Below are positions 60,001 through 63,155 of a stretch of DNA of 63,155 nt, in pieces. Source of the DNA: Catajapyx aquilonaris (Eukaryota); NCBI GenBank assembly GCA_000934665.2, contig KZ538612.1, forward strand, positions 1 through 63,155, given 5' to 3'. The notes beneath the pieces are model-generated. The model worked only from the letters and a program-made list of their open reading frames with translations. It was not told where the DNA came from and searched no databases. The translations under genes were made by a program, and so were the position numbers. Numbering within the stretch: position 1 is the stretch's first letter; every line of letters begins with the position of its first letter.

Positions 60001-62222
60001 ACTCACTTGATGGCGCCTTTCACAGCTGTAAATACATGTGGCGTTCCTACCGGACTGCCCTGAACTTAGGTAGAAGGGAAGAATCGGTCGAAATTAAGAA
60101 TCTCATACAGGGAATATTGTACGAGATTCTTAATTTAGACCGATTCTTCACTTCTACCTTAGTTCAGCGCAGTCAGGTAGGAACGCCACATGTATTTACA
60201 GCTGTGAAAGGCACCATCAAGTGAGCACCTCCTGCAAAACGCCCCGTCAGGCGATAAGAGCTGATGATAGGGGGAGTGTCCGGGGGCTGCTTGAGACCTT
60301 CAAGGTAGAAAATTCAACAGTGATAGAGGGTTACAGGAGGCAGTTTATGGGTCGAGTCCAGATTTATAGGCAAATGCCTATTTCAGTGGTTTCCAACCTG
60401 GGGGTCGCCGGCAGGTTCGCAGGGGGTTCCAAGCCTTTGTTCAACATTTTTTTTTTTTTGCAATTTCTGTGTAAATTGGACCATTTTTTCGCCCATACAG
60501 AGTGTATGTTTTCTGGAAATGGGTCAGTAGTAGAAGGGGCCAGGGTCGCACATTTATGGAAACATGTTTAGGGGGTCGCAGTTGGTAAAAGGTTGGAAAC
60601 CACTGGCCTATTTAGTTCCTTAACAGTTGGGATGGTTTTGTGACGAGATCTATCCATTTCATAAGTTCAGGATGCGGAAAATGTAGGTTTTATGGTGCAT
60701 AAAATGGCCTATTTCATGGTTTCGGAAACTATTTTGCCTATTCTGGCTTTTTGTGACTTTTCATGCCAATTTGACATTTTTTTGGAATAGTTTTTGAACT
60801 TTTTGAAGCAATTTCGTGACTTTTTGGGCCTATTCCGCACCTATTTCTTCAGAAGCATGTTTGGTTTTTTTGCGGAGTATATTTAGTGCTCCTGAAAGGA
60901 CCAAAATCATTAAGAAGTAATAGGAATCATGTTGACTTGATGCATGTGCCAAATATTTGCCTAAATTTTCCTCCGATTGAACCCATCAGAGGAAAATTTC
61001 GAAAAATATTTGGCAACATATTGTGCAAGTGGAAACTGGCTATAAGCTTGCACTTTGTGTCTTTTGCACAAGTTTTGTGATTTCTTGTCAGTTTATCATT
61101 GTTATTCTGTTTTTGCTCTGGTTTGTGACCTATGTATGTGTAGTTTGTGACCTGTGTGTGACCTATGAGAAAGAGAAAGAGAGAGAGAGAAAGGGGGAGG
61201 GAGAGGGAGAGGGAGAGGGAGGGAGAGATCAAATATTTATAATGTGCAATATATCCGTAATTCCGAACTAGATTGAGTGAAAGAGAGGAAAAGAGAGGCA
61301 AGGCAGACAGACAAAGAGTAGGTGGCAGAGGTGGAGTAAGATAGGAAAGGAGGGAGGGAGGGAGCTGGGGAGAGGGGGAGAGGGAGAAGAAAAAGAAGAA
61401 TGAAACATTGTACCTCTGAATCACTGAATTGGCCCTCGTCTGGATGTCTTCCTGCATAAAGTGTCCTGCTTTCTTGAAGTTGTCTGCACTCTCTTTGACC
61501 TGCTCCATACTTTCAAGGTGACCATTAACTTCTGATTCAAGTTGCTGATGCTTCTTGAGCAAGTTCTGAACACTAGTCAAGTCACGACCATGATCCTCTG
61601 ACTGCAGCTGTGCTTCCACTTCATCTACCCATGCATCGAGATCATCCACCATCCGAAAGAGGAGGAGGGCCTGGTATGCTTCATGTAACCTCCGTTTCTT
61701 TAGTTGACTAGCAGAGTGGAGCTGTTGACAGAGTTGCCGCAGCTCATCAAGCCGGGCACTGATCTCCATGCTGGCAAAGTGGCCAGCACCAATCAGTTGC
61801 TCGCCTTCAGAGTGGACAGCATCCACCCGTGGCTCATTAGCAGTCAGCTCTGCTTCAAATGCTTGGTGCTTCTGCGTCTTGCTCTGGAGGTTGGTTGGGT
61901 CTAGATATGCTGACTCATCCGATGCCACCTGAAGCTTTTCCACTACCCATCCCTCCACTTCATACACATTTCGCAAGAATCTCTGAAGTCGAAGACTTTC
62001 TTGAAGACGCCGACGTCTCACAGCAGCACTCTCATTCAGCTTACTCAGCCGCTGGCTAATGGCCCCTAAGCGCTGCTGGATCAGGTTACTGTCATGATGT
62101 CCATCAGCCACAAGACCCAAAGCAAACTTCTCCAACTCATTGATGCGACCTGATTGAGCTTGAAGTGTCTTTTCAAAAGAGTCATGCTTGCGGATGAGGG
62201 CTTCCACACTTGACATTGATTC
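44156..62222 (-). CDS. kst: Beta-heavy spectrin (karst / SPTBN5-like), 3' part only (~1425 aa in window); gene continues beyond the window end
   Basis: 14 exons with consistent phases: 61414-62222, 58626-59013, 57049-57654, 56297-56479, 55075-55554, 54686-54991, 54476-54606, 52439-52533, 49164-49660, 48239-48442, 47853-48006, 45534-45629, 45338-45451, 44156-44370. Tandem spectrin repeats, then IKRAESMK, a spectrin-type PH domain (RSWKTFYTVLCG...YTKRKHVFR...W) and a low-complexity tail ending LFRKKKATQL*. Confidence 0.9.
45338..45451 (-). CDS. kst: beta-H spectrin tail exon
   Basis: PPLPSSAPP...RSLSMDEDINDGFAQPH; CTAAC branch-like motif upstream. Confidence 0.72.
45534..45629 (-). CDS. kst: beta-H spectrin tail exon
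   Basis: LPDVTYQAG...VWIRRESLGHE; TTTGTAG acceptor, GTAA donor. Confidence 0.72.
45977..46431. mobile_element. Foldback MITE
   Basis: CAAGGGAAGTGTAAGTGTTGTCC; ~160-bp arms. Confidence 0.82.
46746..47195. mobile_element. Near-perfect 450-bp foldback with TTAA flanks, inserted in a mariner relic
   Basis: Arms mirror each other (ORFs 46742- and 46867+ almost identical); host TIR GAAACACCCTG-TA at ~47280. Confidence 0.85.
47853..48006 (-). CDS. kst: beta-H spectrin tail exon starting with polyQ
   Basis: Q13-ERPPLPSVAPR...VFQEGRVND; G|GTGAGT donor; needed to bridge phase 0 to phase 1. Confidence 0.72.
47968..48009 (-). repeat. (CAG)14 microsatellite at a spectrin splice acceptor
   Basis: 14 CTG on the plus strand. 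Confidence 0.95.
48239..48442 (-). CDS. kst: beta-H spectrin tail exon
   Basis: GQMAGGGLQQPPPP...EPLYANIEALQ; phase 0/0. Confidence 0.78.
49164..49660 (-). CDS. kst: beta-H spectrin PH-domain exon
   Basis: DIKRAESMK...PH domain; ORF 49152-49637. Confidence 0.93.
51495..52180 (-). mobile_element. Tc1/mariner (rosa/maT-like) deletion derivative
   Basis: TA-CAGGGTG(T/C)CCCACAAATTACGC TIRs; [33 protein letters not shown]. Confidence 0.88.
52439..52533 (-). CDS. kst: beta-H spectrin exon
   Basis: LGQLEGPESSQLMLRR...GEKLRR; phases 2 to 1. Confidence 0.78.
52603..53862. mobile_element. Chapaev3-like non-autonomous element with a duplicated left end
   Basis: CACAGGC...GCCTGTG termini with 3-bp TAA flanks; left ~100 bp repeated at 53236. 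Confidence 0.6.
54476..54606 (-). CDS. kst: beta-H spectrin exon
   Basis: ERRREDERRRTQEIKF...; phases 0 to 2 fit the neighbouring exons. Confidence 0.85.
54686..54991 (-). CDS. kst: beta-H spectrin exon
   Basis: NFKRDAEHLESWILSRE...KEVQRITD. Confidence 0.9.
55075..55554 (-). CDS. kst: beta-H spectrin exon
   Basis: VEAVISEASRLAQLFPDA...YDQNLDTQ. Confidence 0.92.
56297..56479 (-). CDS. kst: beta-H spectrin exon
   Basis: ALAGAKQVHVFDRNADETIGWIQEK...DLAAVKEH. Confidence 0.9.
57049..57654 (-). CDS. kst: beta-H spectrin exon
   Basis: FYAEASEAEAWIREK...DYGRDVEHVE...ANARQE. Confidence 0.92.
58057..58225. repeat. Short foldback element
   Basis: GGTTAAAGGATTTC..TTCCACATGAGG..ATTATTAGCCTCCAACAGAGG inverted. 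Confidence 0.75.
58626..59013 (-). CDS. kst: beta-H spectrin exon
   Basis: YQALHEPMQIR...LLDAVESQM. Confidence 0.92.
59428..60288. repeat. Two tandem homologous foldback modules; a third starts at ~62989
   Basis: AGGTCTGG..ACTCCC-[palindrome]-GGAGTGTCCGGGGGC twice. Confidence 0.8.
60384..60605. mobile_element. hAT MITE nested in the second copy of the 34250 element
   Basis: Perfect TIR CAGTGGTTTCCAACCT; 8-bp TSD GCCTATTT. Confidence 0.9.
61414..62222 (-). CDS. kst: beta-H spectrin exon (spectrin repeats)
   Basis: ESMSSVEALIRKHDSFEK...NSVIQR; ORF 60927-62255. Confidence 0.92.
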
Positions 62223-63155
62223 CTGCACAAGGCAAATGTAATAAGTAACATACACACTCCATTTTCCTGATTACTTTCAGCATTGACAAGAGCACTTGGC
62301 ACTTAATCTCCTGAATAGCAACTCTTAATAACTCTCTTTCCATGCTTAGAAAGTGTAAATATCGAATAACTTGTGATGCATGACACCCTCATGATCTTGT
62401 CTATTGTGATTTGTTCACACAGACAATTTTATAACAACAAAAGACAACCTTAGTATATGATGGTCTAAACATATTCCAGTTCAGAGGTAATCCCACCTCT
62501 CACTAATGAGACCATTTGATTTCAGATTAGATGTTTCACCTGGATTTCACAGCTGTTGTCTAACTCCCCCTCCTAAGTTATGAATATCATACCAGTCTGC
62601 AACTGTCCCTCTCAAACAGCTTCCCAAACGTCCAGTTAAAAAAAATATATGGCAGCTTCATTTGATCACGTTATGTTACAACAGAGAAAAAAAAATCATA
62701 GTAATCCTTTAAAATGGTCCTTCACTTCAAGACGCACATAGAATGAAGACAAAACAAGTAAATGAGTCAGCTAATTGGGAATAATAAGAGGAAGAAGGGT
62801 ACAAGCAGAATTTCTGAGTCCCTCCACCAGCCAGTGCTGTGGCCCAAATGCCTATGCCAAAGTGGCCAGCTAAGACTGAAAGGCTAACAAACTGTTTGTC
62901 TGCATAAGTGGACTCCACCTATGATAACAATGTACCCACCTGAAACTTAATTAGCTTGCAACTCCTAAACCACGGCTGTAGAAGACTCAGGTTAGGTCAC
63001 TCCCCACCCACCCCCGCCGAAGGATTACGCACCGGGTGCTCACTTGAGAGCGCCATGAGACATTTTCCAGAGCATTTATGTGGCGACCCTACCGGACTAA
63101 GGCTGAACTTTATAGGTACGAAGGGGAGGGCTACATGCTGGCCCAACATGGCCGC

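Noticed and set aside
60927..61413. C-terminal extension of the 442-aa spectrin ORF
   Set aside because: Read-through past the GT donor at 61413 into intronic (CT)n and TE sequence.

Overview
Eukaryotic (animal, most likely arthropod) genomic DNA; no prokaryotic features. I reconstructed three spliced genes by hand from GT-AG sites and frame continuity. (1) Complete MEMO1 on the minus strand: 7 exons, 295 aa, ~20.5 kb first intron. (2) Complete EXO1 on the plus strand: ~677 aa, head-to-head with MEMO1 (389 bp between the ATGs). (3) The last 14 exons of a beta-heavy spectrin (karst/SPTBN5-like) on the minus strand, ending ~700 bp from EXO1's 3' end. Introns and intergenic DNA are crowded with TE debris: tRNA-derived SINEs with clean TSDs, many foldback MITEs (Tc1/mariner, pogo/Tigger, hAT, Kolobok-, Harbinger-, piggyBac-, Chapaev3-like; superfamily names inferred from termini and TSDs only), and Ty3/Gypsy, Tc1 and hAT coding relics, often nested. 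The most unusual observations are modular SINEs with shared or swapped 3' stem-loops showing covariation, a hATm-like element whose ~670 bp TIRs each carry an inward-facing tRNA-like Pol III head, a (CAG)14 polyQ tract that forms a spectrin splice acceptor, and tandem homologous foldback modules at 59.4-60.3 kb. I could not establish a clearly new multi-gene system, and novelty cannot be confirmed without database searches.
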